Of a DNA stretch of 12,380 bases, positions 1 through 7,655 are shown piece by piece (the first letter of the stretch is position 1; each line of letters opens with the position of its first letter). Source of the stretch: Alphaproteobacteria bacterium (lineage in GTDB: Bacteria; Pseudomonadota; Alphaproteobacteria; UBA2966); assembly GCA_030740435.1 (NCBI GenBank), contig JASLXG010000117.1:1-12380 (forward strand). Reading direction: 5' to 3'. A program made the position numbers and the translations under genes. Under the pieces are notes generated by a model. The model ran no database searches, was not told the DNA's origin, and saw nothing but the letters and a program-made list of their open reading frames with translations.

Positions 1-49
1 CTGTATCAACAGAGAAAAGTGTGCCGTGCACACCCAGGGAGGATGTCCG

Positions 50-1078
50 ATGAGCAACGCGTCTGACGGCAGCTACCGACCCGGCCGGGCCGCCGCCGGC
101 TCGGTCACCGGGCCCACTTACCAGCCCCAGTCCTTGATCTCCCAGGCCGGCCGCCACTCGCTGGCCAGGCCCGGTGGACGCAAAGAAATCTTCTGTGCCT
201 TCGGCATCGACGTCGACGCCGTGGCCGGCTGGCTGGGCTCCTATGGCGGCGAGGATTCGCCCTGCGACATCTCGCGCGGCATCTTTTCCGGCGAGGTCGG
301 CGTGCCCCGGCTGGTGCGCCTCTTTGAAAAATTCGGCATCCAGACCTCGTGGTTCATCCCCGGCCATTCCATCGAAACCTTTCCCGAAGAGTGCAAGCTG
401 GTGGTCGAGGCCGGCCACGAAATCGGCATGCACGGGTACAGCCACGAGAACCCCATCGCCATGACGCCGGAACAGGAAGAGCGGGTGATGGACAAGTGCA
501 TCGAGCTCATCGAACGCCTCTCGGGCCGGCGCCCGACGGGCTATGTGGCGCCCTGGTGGGAATTCAGCCCGGTGACGAACGAGCTCTTGTTGAAGAAGGG
601 CATCAAGTACGACCACAGCCTGATGAACAACGACTTTCATCCCTTCTATGTGCGGGTGGGGGATAGCTGGACCAAGATCGACTATTCAAAACACCCCGAC
701 GAATGGATGAAGCCCTTGGTGCGCGGCACCGAGACGGAGCTTATCGACATCCCCGGATCGTGGTACCTCGACGACCTGCCGCCCATGATGTTCATCAAGA
801 CGGCGCCCAACAGCTACGGTTTCACCAATCCCCGCGACATCGAGGATCTCTGGCGTGACCAGTTCGACTGGATCTACCGCGAATACGACTATGCCGTCTT
901 CACCATGACCATACATCCCGACGTCTCGGGGCGGCCCCAGGTGCTGCTCATGCTGGAGCGTATCTTCGACTACATATCGAGCCACTCGGGCGTGCGATTC
1001 ACCACCTTCGACGCCATCGCCGACGACTTCGCCAAGCGCTATCCCCGCGACCCGGACGCCAAGCAGGTCGCCGAGTAG
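50..1078 (+). CDS. Polysaccharide deacetylase family protein (NodB-homology/CE4 fold; PuuE-allantoinase-like subgroup possible)
   Basis: The ORF has balanced amino-acid composition and high GC3. CE4-type motifs are visible: [11 protein letters not shown] (Asp-x-Asp motif 1) and [13 protein letters not shown] (His-x3-His motif 2), plus [21 protein letters not shown] typical of the NodB domain. The ATG at 50 is preferred over the in-frame GTG at 26 because GGGAGGA (36-42) sits 7 nt upstream of it. Confidence 0.8.
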   Translation: MSNASDGSYRPGRAAAGSVTGPTYQPQSLISQAGRHSLARPGGRKEIFCAFGIDVDAVAGWLGSYGGEDSPCDISRGIFSGEVGVPRLVRLFEKFGIQTSWFIPGHSIETFPEECKLVVEAGHEIGMHGYSHENPIAMTPEQEERVMDKCIELIERLSGRRPTGYVAPWWEFSPVTNELLLKKGIKYDHSLMNNDFHPFYVRVGDSWTKIDYSKHPDEWMKPLVRGTETELIDIPGSWYLDDLPPMMFIKTAPNSYGFTNPRDIEDLWRDQFDWIYREYDYAVFTMTIHPDVSGRPQVLLMLERIFDYISSHSGVRFTTFDAIADDFAKRYPRDPDAKQVAE

Positions 1079-1105
1079 GAGCGGGATCGGCCGGGGGCCA
1101 GCGCC

Positions 1106-1429
1106 ATGTGCAGCCTTTGCGGGGTGCTCGGCGGCCAGGCCCACTGGACCGAATCGACCCGCCATGCCGAGGCCTTCGCCGAGCGGGTCGAGCTTCACAC
1201 GCGGCGGCGCGAACGTCAGGAACAGACGCGGCTGGCGAACGCCGTGCTCAAACACTATGGCCTGACGCTGAGCGACTGGTCGGGCGCCTCGTTTGTCCTC
1301 AAAAGCGCCACCGGGCGCAGCCAGATCGTGCAGAACCTGGGAGAGGTCTGGATCGCCGCCGAGGCGCTTTGCAGCCGGGCCTGCGATCCCCTGGCCGACG
1401 ATTTGCTGCAGCGACTGGAGCGGGCATGA
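1106..1429 (+). CDS. Hypothetical small protein (107 aa) with N-terminal CxxC (MCSLCG), translationally coupled to downstream COG0523 GTPase
   Basis: The reading frame has balanced composition and GC3-rich codons. The alternative frame (1108..1425) gives Arg/Pro/Gly-rich junk. Its stop TGA (1427-1429) overlaps the ATG (1426-1428) of the next gene as ATGA. It starts 28 nt after the stop of the upstream gene. Confidence 0.55.
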   Translation: MCSLCGVLGGQAHWTESTRHAEAFAERVELHTRRRERQEQTRLANAVLKHYGLTLSDWSGASFVLKSATGRSQIVQNLGEVWIAAEALCSRACDPLADDLLQRLERA

Positions 1430-2475
1430 GCGACTATGCCGCCCTGATACCGGTCAACGTCGTCACCGGCTTTCTCGGCAGCGGCAAGACCACGATCCTG
1501 CAACGCCTGCTGGCGGCGCCCGACTTGCGCGACACGGCCGTGCTGGTCAACGAGTTCGGCGAGGTGGGCCTCGACCACCACCTCTTGGAGGGTGCCACCG
1601 AGAGCACCTTGTTGCTTGAGAACGGCTGCGTCTGCTGCGCCATCCGCGGCGACCTGCAAGAGGCGCTACGCGACCTATATTCGCGCCGCGAACGCGGCGA
1701 AATTCCGCCCTTCCGCCGCGTCGTGATCGAAACCTCGGGCCTCGCCGATCCCGTGCCCATCGCCTATACCGTGCTCAGCGAACCGGTGATCCAGCATCAT
1801 TTTCGCCTGGGCAGCGTGATCACCGCGGTGGATGCGGTGAACGGCACCCGGCAACTCGAACGCCATGGCGAATCGGTCAAGCAGGCGGCTGTGGCCGACC
1901 GCCTGGTGCTGACCAAGACCGACCTGGCCGAGCCGGAGGTGTCACTGGCCCTGGAAGCTGCTCTGCGCCGTCTTAATGCCTCCGCCCCGATCCGACGTGC
2001 CGCCGAACAGGAACTGAGTGCCGAGGAGCTGCTGGTGGAGGACATTTTCGATCCAGCGGGCAAACAGGCCGAAGTAGAGCGTTGGCTCGAGGCCGGGGCC
2101 CAGGCAGCGCAGCAGGACCAGGCCCACGGCCATGATCCTGGTATCCAATCGTTCTCGCTGATCTACGACCGGCCGCTGGACTGGAGTGCCTTCGGCATCT
2201 GGATGACCATGCTGCTCAACTGCCACGGCGAACAGGTGCTGCGCATAAAAGGTTTGCTGAATGTCGCTGGCGTGGCCACGCCGGTGCTGATCAACGGCGT
2301 CCAGCACGTTGTGCATCCGCCCGTCCACCTGGCGCGCTGGCCCGACGGCGACCGGCGCTCACGGATTGTCTTTATCGTCGATAGCCTGGCGCGCGAGCGC
2401 CTGGAGGCCTCGCTCAAGGCCTTCAACGGGCTGGCCAATCCGGCTGCCGAGACTCACTCCCGTGCAGGAGCGTGA
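1426..2475 (+). CDS. CobW/COG0523-family G3E P-loop GTPase (putative metallochaperone)
   Basis: Walker A GFLGSGKTT lies near the N-terminus. The GCVCCAIRGDL metal-binding CxCC motif is followed by the ETSGLADP switch and LTKTDL (NKxD-like). A CobW C-terminal domain (LLNCHGEQVLRIKGLL...VLINGVQHVV) is present. The start was chosen at the internal ATG (MSDYAALIPVNVV), which gives the family-typical N-terminus. Confidence 0.9.
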   Translation: MSDYAALIPVNVVTGFLGSGKTTILQRLLAAPDLRDTAVLVNEFGEVGLDHHLLEGATESTLLLENGCVCCAIRGDLQEALRDLYSRRERGEIPPFRRVVIETSGLADPVPIAYTVLSEPVIQHHFRLGSVITAVDAVNGTRQLERHGESVKQAAVADRLVLTKTDLAEPEVSLALEAALRRLNASAPIRRAAEQELSAEELLVEDIFDPAGKQAEVERWLEAGAQAAQQDQAHGHDPGIQSFSLIYDRPLDWSAFGIWMTMLLNCHGEQVLRIKGLLNVAGVATPVLINGVQHVVHPPVHLARWPDGDRRSRIVFIVDSLARERLEASLKAFNGLANPAAETHSRAGA

Positions 2476-2487
2476 ACACAGAAAAAA

Positions 2488-2530
2488 CACCCCCTCCCTG
2501 CCCTCCCCCATCAAGGGGGAGGGGGAAAAA
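2488..2530 (-). terminator. GC-rich hairpin followed by T-tract on minus strand (intrinsic terminator for membrane-protein gene; possibly bidirectional)
   Basis: CCCTCCCCC (2501-2509) and GGGGGAGGG (2515-2523) form a 9-bp stem with loop ATCAA. An outer alternative pairs CCCCCTCCC with GGGAGGGGG. On the minus strand the stem is followed by tgTTTTTTc (complement of 2481-2488). It lies between convergent genes ending at 2475 (+) and 2560 (-). Confidence 0.6.
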
Positions 2531-2559
2531 ATTTGAAATAACAGTATGTTAGGCGCCAG

Positions 2560-3078
2560 TCAATCGCCCGACGAGGTGCGCGGCGGCGGGCGGCGGGGGT
2601 TCCAGCCTTGGCGGAACGAGCGCACCAGGTGGTGCAGCAGATAGAAGGCGATGGCCAGCAGCACCAGCAGGATGATGGCCAGCAGCTTTTCGCCGAAGCC
2701 CGGATCGATGATGGCGCCCCGGTTCATCAGGTGTTCGGCCAGCATCTCGATGGCCTGGATGGTGGCGCCGGCGCAGAAGATCACGGCAACCAAAATCGCG
2801 ATCTGCAGGGTATCGAAGACCAGGGCCTCGACGTCGAGAGCACTGGAGGCGCGGAAGATGTGTTGGCGGTAGGATTGCCAATGCGCCACCACGTAACCGA
2901 CGACGCCGACCAGCGAGGCGAACCAGAAAACCACGTTGGAGAAGTGGACGCCCGGGATGTGCTTGACCAGATAGGTCTCGAAGGGTTGATAGAAATAGAG
3001 AAAGATCAGCAAGATGACGACGCCCAGGAGAACGATCCAGAATTTCGGCGGCCGCCGGGCGGGGGTGTCCTGTGCCAT
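2560..3078 (-). CDS. Hypothetical inner-membrane protein, ~4 predicted TM helices (172 aa)
   Basis: The ORF has four hydrophobic 20-23-aa segments (WIVLLGVVILLIFLYF; VVFWFASLVGVVGYVVAHW; LQIAILVAVIFCAGATIQAI; LLAIILLVLLAIAFYLLHHLV) and a charged N-terminus. No family could be recognised by eye. The overlapping + strand ORF 2608..3213 has junk composition. Confidence 0.7.
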   Translation of the reverse strand: MAQDTPARRPPKFWIVLLGVVILLIFLYFYQPFETYLVKHIPGVHFSNVVFWFASLVGVVGYVVAHWQSYRQHIFRASSALDVEALVFDTLQIAILVAVIFCAGATIQAIEMLAEHLMNRGAIIDPGFGEKLLAIILLVLLAIAFYLLHHLVRSFRQGWNPRRPPPRTSSGD

Positions 3079-3266
3079 GGTGATCGCTGCCTGTGTACGT
3101 CGAAACCAAGGGATGGTAGCGCAAAGCCGTGGGCTGTCAAAGACGCCGGCGTGAACAGCCGGTTGACCGCCCGCCGCGCGTCGGGAATCATGGCCAGGAT
3201 TTGCGGGGGGTAAGACGTGACGTCAACCGAGCCTTTCAGCGCCGGGCCAACAGATCGGGGCGCATC

Positions 3267-5336
3267 ATGAGCTGCCGTTTGGGCATCGACGTGGGCGGGA
3301 CCTTCACCGATCTCTTGCTGTTCAACGGCACGAGCGGCGACATCCACCTGCTCAAGACGCCATCGACGCCCGAGGATCAGTCGGTCGGCATTCTGAAAGG
3401 CATCCAGGACATCCTGGCCGAGAGCGGCATCGCGCCGGCCGAGGTGCAAGGGGTGCTGCACGGCACCACCGTATCGACCAATATCGTGCTCGAGGAAAAG
3501 GGCGCTCGTGTCGGCCTGTTGGTGACCGAGAACTTCGAACAGGTGCTGCACCTGGCGCGCTCGCAGACGCCGGGGCCGCTGGCCGGCTGGATCATCATGG
3601 AGAAGCCTGATCCGCTGGCCGATCTGGAACATACCCGAGGCATTCAGGAGCGCGTCAACGCTCGCGGCGAGGTGGTCAAGCCGCTGGACGAAGCCGGCGC
3701 CCGTCAGGCCATCCGCGAGTTGCTCGAGGCCGGCGTCGAATCGCTGACCATTTCGCTTTTGCATTCCTACGCCAACCCGGCCCACGAGGAACGTCTGGCG
3801 GCCCTGGTTCGAGAGCTCGACGCCGACATCCCGATCTCGCTGTCGTCGCAGATCCTGCCTGAGTTCCGCGAGTACGAGCGCACTCTGGTGACCGTCATGA
3901 ACGCCTACGTTCGGCCGCGCATGCAGAGCTACATGGCCGGCTTCGAGGAAAAACTCCACGCCATCCAGTTCACACCGCACGTCAATATCGTGCGCTCCGA
4001 CGGCGGCTTGATGTCGGTCGCCCGGGCCTCCGATTCGCCCGTCCACACGATGTTGTCGGGCCCCGCCGGCGGCGTCTCGGGGGCCGCCTTCCTGGCCGCC
4101 CTGGCCGGCCATCCCAACGCGCTGGGCTTCGACATGGGCGGCACCTCGACCGACGTATCCATGGTCCAGGACGGCCAGCCCACGATCTCGCGGCAAACCA
4201 TGCTGGGCTATTATCCCATCAAAATCCCCTCGGTCGAGGTGCACAGCGTCGGCGCCGGCGGCGGCTCGATCGCCCACGTGCCGATGACCGGGGCATTGCG
4301 TGTGGGTCCCGAAAGCGCCGGCGCGCTACCTGGCCCCGCCTGTTACGGCATGGGCGGCGAGTTGCCCACCGTCACGGACGCCAACGTGGTGCTCGGCCAC
4401 CTGCCGCCCAGTCTGCTCGGCGGCGCCATGACGCTCGACGTCAAGGCCGCCGAAGAGGCCGTGGCCAAGGTCGGCCGGACGCTGGGCCTCGACGTCTACC
4501 AGGCAGCCCAGGGCATCCTCGACATCGTCAACGAGAACATGTTCGGAGCGCTGCGCCTGGTGACCGTGCAAAAGGGCCTCGATCCGCGCGATTTCGCGCT
4601 GGTCGCCTTCGGCGGTGCCGGGCCACTGCACGGCAACGCCATGGCCAAACTGGCCGGCTGCTTCCCGGTCATCGTGCCGCCGACGCCCGGCGTTCTCTCG
4701 GCGCTGGGATTTCTCTGTTCCGACGTCAAGAACGAGTTCGCCCAGACTTTCGTGCGCAACGTCGACGACGTCCAGCCGGGCCAGATCTCGGAGATCTTCG
4801 AGCGTCTGGGACGCGAGGCCCGGGGCTGGCTGAAGGAAGAAGGCATCAGCGAAGCGGCCCAGACATTGCGCTTCGAGGCCGACGTGCGCTACTTCCGCCA
4901 GGGCTATGAGTTCTCCCTCGAGGTCAATCCCGAGACCTTGAGCAACGGTGGGCTGGGCGATCTCGAGACGCGCTTCGGCACGGCCCACGAGCGCCTTTAC
5001 GGCTTCCGCCTGGAGCAACCGGTGGAACTGGTCAACCTGCGCGCCGTGGGCACGGGCCAGGTGGAAAAAATCAGCTTCCCCAGGTTCGAACGCCAGGGCC
5101 CCGACCCCTCGGCCGCCATCAATGATCAACACCGCATCTATTTCGACAGCAACTTCGTCTCGACCAACGTCTATGATCGCAACCAACTGAACACCGGCAA
5201 CCGCCTCTCGGGCCCGGCCGTGGTGACCCAGAAGGATTCGACCACGGCCATTCATCCGGGTTATGTGGGCGAGGTCGACGAATTCGGTAACATCATCATC
5301 TATCCCGAGGGCGAAAGCCCCGGCCAGCAGGCTTGA
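3267..5336 (+). CDS. hyuA: Hydantoinase/5-oxoprolinase family ATPase, A subunit (HyuA/OplA-like; Hydant_A_N + Hydantoinase_A)
   Basis: The N-terminus MSCRLGIDVGGTFTDLLL is the actin-like ATPase phosphate-1 motif of this family. A second motif, LGFDMGGTSTDVS, lies mid-protein. Length (689 aa) fits the family. The upstream in-frame extension to 3129 is Arg-rich junk, so the ATG at 3267 was chosen. Confidence 0.9.
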   Translation: MSCRLGIDVGGTFTDLLLFNGTSGDIHLLKTPSTPEDQSVGILKGIQDILAESGIAPAEVQGVLHGTTVSTNIVLEEKGARVGLLVTENFEQVLHLARSQTPGPLAGWIIMEKPDPLADLEHTRGIQERVNARGEVVKPLDEAGARQAIRELLEAGVESLTISLLHSYANPAHEERLAALVRELDADIPISLSSQILPEFREYERTLVTVMNAYVRPRMQSYMAGFEEKLHAIQFTPHVNIVRSDGGLMSVARASDSPVHTMLSGPAGGVSGAAFLAALAGHPNALGFDMGGTSTDVSMVQDGQPTISRQTMLGYYPIKIPSVEVHSVGAGGGSIAHVPMTGALRVGPESAGALPGPACYGMGGELPTVTDANVVLGHLPPSLLGGAMTLDVKAAEEAVAKVGRTLGLDVYQAAQGILDIVNENMFGALRLVTVQKGLDPRDFALVAFGGAGPLHGNAMAKLAGCFPVIVPPTPGVLSALGFLCSDVKNEFAQTFVRNVDDVQPGQISEIFERLGREARGWLKEEGISEAAQTLRFEADVRYFRQGYEFSLEVNPETLSNGGLGDLETRFGTAHERLYGFRLEQPVELVNLRAVGTGQVEKISFPRFERQGPDPSAAINDQHRIYFDSNFVSTNVYDRNQLNTGNRLSGPAVVTQKDSTTAIHPGYVGEVDEFGNIIIYPEGESPGQQA

Positions 5337-5339
5337 GCG

Positions 5340-7655
5340 ATGAGCGAAACCGACAGCAACCCACCGCGCCGCAACGTTTCCCTGGACGACCTGTTGCAGG
5401 CCAACAAGCAGCAGTTCGACACGCTGTTTTCGCGTCAGATGAAAGATAGCGGCCTGGTCGCCGTGAGCCACCGCCCGGCCAGCGAGGAGGACTTGCGCTC
5501 AGCCAGCCTGGAGGCAGCGACGAGCGCCCAGGGCGAGGACCCGGGAAACGCAACAGCGCTGCTGAATGCGCGCTTCGGCGAGCGCTGGTCATCTGAAGTA
5601 GTGGAGCACAGCCAAGAGCGCGGCACCGTCACCGTGCTCTGTAAGCTCAGCGTCGACGGCGCCAGCAAGATGCAGTTCGGCTCGGCCCGCATCAACGGCA
5701 ATCTCGGCGCCGCCCTGCAAAGCGCCACCGATGCCGCGCTGATGCAATGCGCGGCCCAATTCGGCACCGGCGAGGCGGCGGTTGCGGACGGCCAGGCGCC
5801 ACCAGCGCCGGGGCGCCGGCCGGCCGAGACCGGGGCCCCCGAAGCGGCGCCCCTGAAAGCCGACGCCACCGCCGGCGCCGCGCCGGGGCTCGACATCATC
5901 ACCCTCGATCTGATCGAGAACGCGCTCAGGAATGCCCGGCACGAGATGGATGCGGTGCTCTTTCGCTCCGCCATGTCGGTCAACATTCGCGAGCAGCACG
6001 ACGAATTTCCCATGATCACCGATCCCAAGGGACGCATGATCGTCGGCCAGTTCGGATCCTACGTTTCGGAAATGCTGAAGGAGCAGGATTTTCAGCTCCA
6101 GCCCGGCGACGTCATCCTGCAGAGCGATCCCTTCAAGTGCGGCGGCGCCATCAGCCACATCAATGACTGGATGGTGCTGGTGCCGATCTTCGCCGAGGGC
6201 GAGCTGATGGGCTTCAGCTCCATGTTCGGCCATATGATGGATGTCGGCGGCCCGGTGCCCGGCAGCATGCCGACGGCAGCCACCAGCATCTTCGGCGAAG
6301 GCCTGCGCATTCCGCCCATCAAGATCTACGAGGAAGGCCGGCCCAACAAATCGGCACTCGACCTGATCCTCAACAACACCCGCACGCCGGAGATGAATTA
6401 TTCGGACCTGATGGCCATCATCGCCGGCTGCCGGGCCGGCGAGAGGCGGGTGGTGGAGATCTGCGCCCGCTTCGGCAGGGAGGTCTATCGCCAGGCCTGC
6501 GAGGCGCTCTTGGAGCGCACCAACCGCGCCATGCGCCAGCTCATCATGCAGAACCTGCCCGAGGAGCCGCAGTCCTTCGAGGACTACGTCGACGACGACG
6601 GCCTGGGCAACGGGCCCTTCCGCATGAAGTTGACGGTCTGGCGCGAGGGCGATCACGCCTATTTCGACTGGACCGGCACCTCGGCCCAGGCGCCCGGGCC
6701 GATCAACTTCTACCTCCACGAGGGCATGTTCAAGATGTTCATCGGGGTCTACATGATCATGGTCTTCGATCCCCAGATCCTGTTCAACGACGGCTTCTAC
6801 GATCTCATCCACGTCACCCTGCCCCAGGGCTCGCTGATCCATCCCAATTTCCCGGCCTCGCTGGGCTGTCGCACCCATGCGCTGTCGCGCCAGTTCGACG
6901 TGCTGGGCGGCGCGCTGAGCCACAACGCCCCGGAAATGGCGACGGCCGCCGGCTACGGCTCCAGCCCGCATTTCCTCTATTCCGGCACAGACGGCAAGGG
7001 CCGGCACTTTCAGCTCATGGAAATCCTCTATGGCGGCATTCCCGGGCGCCCGGTGGGCGACGGCATGGACGGCCATTCCTGGTGGCCGCTGTTTGAGAAC
7101 ATCCCGGCCGAATACCTCGAGAGCTATTACCCAATGCTGATCGAGAGCTATGCCTCGATCGCCGACAGCGGCGGCCCCGGCAAGCACCGCGGCGGCAACG
7201 GCATCGAAAAGATCTACCTGCTGCTGGAAACCGGCGAGATCTCGATCCACGATGACCGCCACATCTCGCAGCCCTGGGGCATCCTGGGCGGCCAGCCGGG
7301 GGCGTGCTCGGAGAAATGGCTGGTGCGCCAGGGCGGCGAGCGCGAGGCGCTGCCTTCGAAAATCGACAACGTCGTGGTGCGTACCGGTGACCGCATCATC
7401 TTCCGCACCGCCGGCGGCGGCGGCTGGGGCGACCCCTTGGAGCGGGACGCCATAAGGGTGCGCCACGACGTGGCCCGCGGCCTGATGTCGGAACGCCTGG
7501 CCCGCGAAGGCTATGGCGTGGTGCTGGCGGCAGGGAGCGACGTCGACCAGCGCTCGACCCAGGAGCTGCGCGAGAGCATGAAACGCGGCCGCAAGCCGCT
7601 GGTGCTGTTTGATTTTGGTGAACGCCAAGGCGCTGGCGGCGGCCAGGCGGGCTAG
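5340..7655 (+). CDS. hyuB: Hydantoinase B/5-oxoprolinase B-subunit family protein (HyuB-like) with atypical ~185-aa N-terminal extension (Rad52/Rad22-like motifs) joined by Ala/Pro/Gly-rich linker
   Basis: Residues ~186-771 (DIITLDLIENALRNARHEMDAVLFRSAMSVNIREQHDEF...; GGPGKHRGGNGIEKIY; GGGGWGDPLERD) match the Hydantoinase_B family at full typical length (~585 aa). The ATG is 3 nt after the hyuA stop. The N-terminal 185 aa have coding-like GC3, no in-frame stop and no internal ATG/GTG start before the HyuB domain. Confidence 0.85.
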   Translation: MSETDSNPPRRNVSLDDLLQANKQQFDTLFSRQMKDSGLVAVSHRPASEEDLRSASLEAATSAQGEDPGNATALLNARFGERWSSEVVEHSQERGTVTVLCKLSVDGASKMQFGSARINGNLGAALQSATDAALMQCAAQFGTGEAAVADGQAPPAPGRRPAETGAPEAAPLKADATAGAAPGLDIITLDLIENALRNARHEMDAVLFRSAMSVNIREQHDEFPMITDPKGRMIVGQFGSYVSEMLKEQDFQLQPGDVILQSDPFKCGGAISHINDWMVLVPIFAEGELMGFSSMFGHMMDVGGPVPGSMPTAATSIFGEGLRIPPIKIYEEGRPNKSALDLILNNTRTPEMNYSDLMAIIAGCRAGERRVVEICARFGREVYRQACEALLERTNRAMRQLIMQNLPEEPQSFEDYVDDDGLGNGPFRMKLTVWREGDHAYFDWTGTSAQAPGPINFYLHEGMFKMFIGVYMIMVFDPQILFNDGFYDLIHVTLPQGSLIHPNFPASLGCRTHALSRQFDVLGGALSHNAPEMATAAGYGSSPHFLYSGTDGKGRHFQLMEILYGGIPGRPVGDGMDGHSWWPLFENIPAEYLESYYPMLIESYASIADSGGPGKHRGGNGIEKIYLLLETGEISIHDDRHISQPWGILGGQPGACSEKWLVRQGGEREALPSKIDNVVVRTGDRIIFRTAGGGGWGDPLERDAIRVRHDVARGLMSERLAREGYGVVLAAGSDVDQRSTQELRESMKRGRKPLVLFDFGERQGAGGGQAG

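Noticed and set aside
26-49. GTG at 26 as start of the CE4 gene
   Set aside because: A GGAGG-containing Shine-Dalgarno (36-42) lies inside this extension, correctly spaced for the ATG at 50. The GTG start has no ribosome-binding site visible within the window.
1108-1425. Upstream in-frame extension of the COG0523 GTPase ORF (455-aa version starting at 1108)
   Set aside because: The extension is Arg/Pro/Gly-rich junk. The family-typical N-terminus begins at the internal ATG at 1426, and the overlapping frame (1106..1429) encodes a compositionally normal protein.
3129-3266. Upstream extension of the hyuA ORF to the ATG at 3129
   Set aside because: The extension is Arg-rich junk and would overlap the divergent membrane-protein gene start/promoter. 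The conserved family N-terminus (MSCRLGIDVGGTFTD) starts at 3267.
3006-4277. 423-aa minus-strand ORF antisense to hyuA
   Set aside because: Its Arg/Gly/Ala/Asp-rich low-complexity composition is typical of shadow ORFs in high-GC DNA. It is fully contained within a well-supported HyuA coding region on the opposite strand.
5589-7628. 679-aa minus-strand ORF antisense to hyuB, plus the 4326..5471 and 5435..6037 minus-strand ORFs
   Set aside because: They are the same high-GC shadow-ORF artefact. The sequence is Ala/Gly/Arg-rich with no recognisable domain, opposite a strongly supported hydantoinase B gene.
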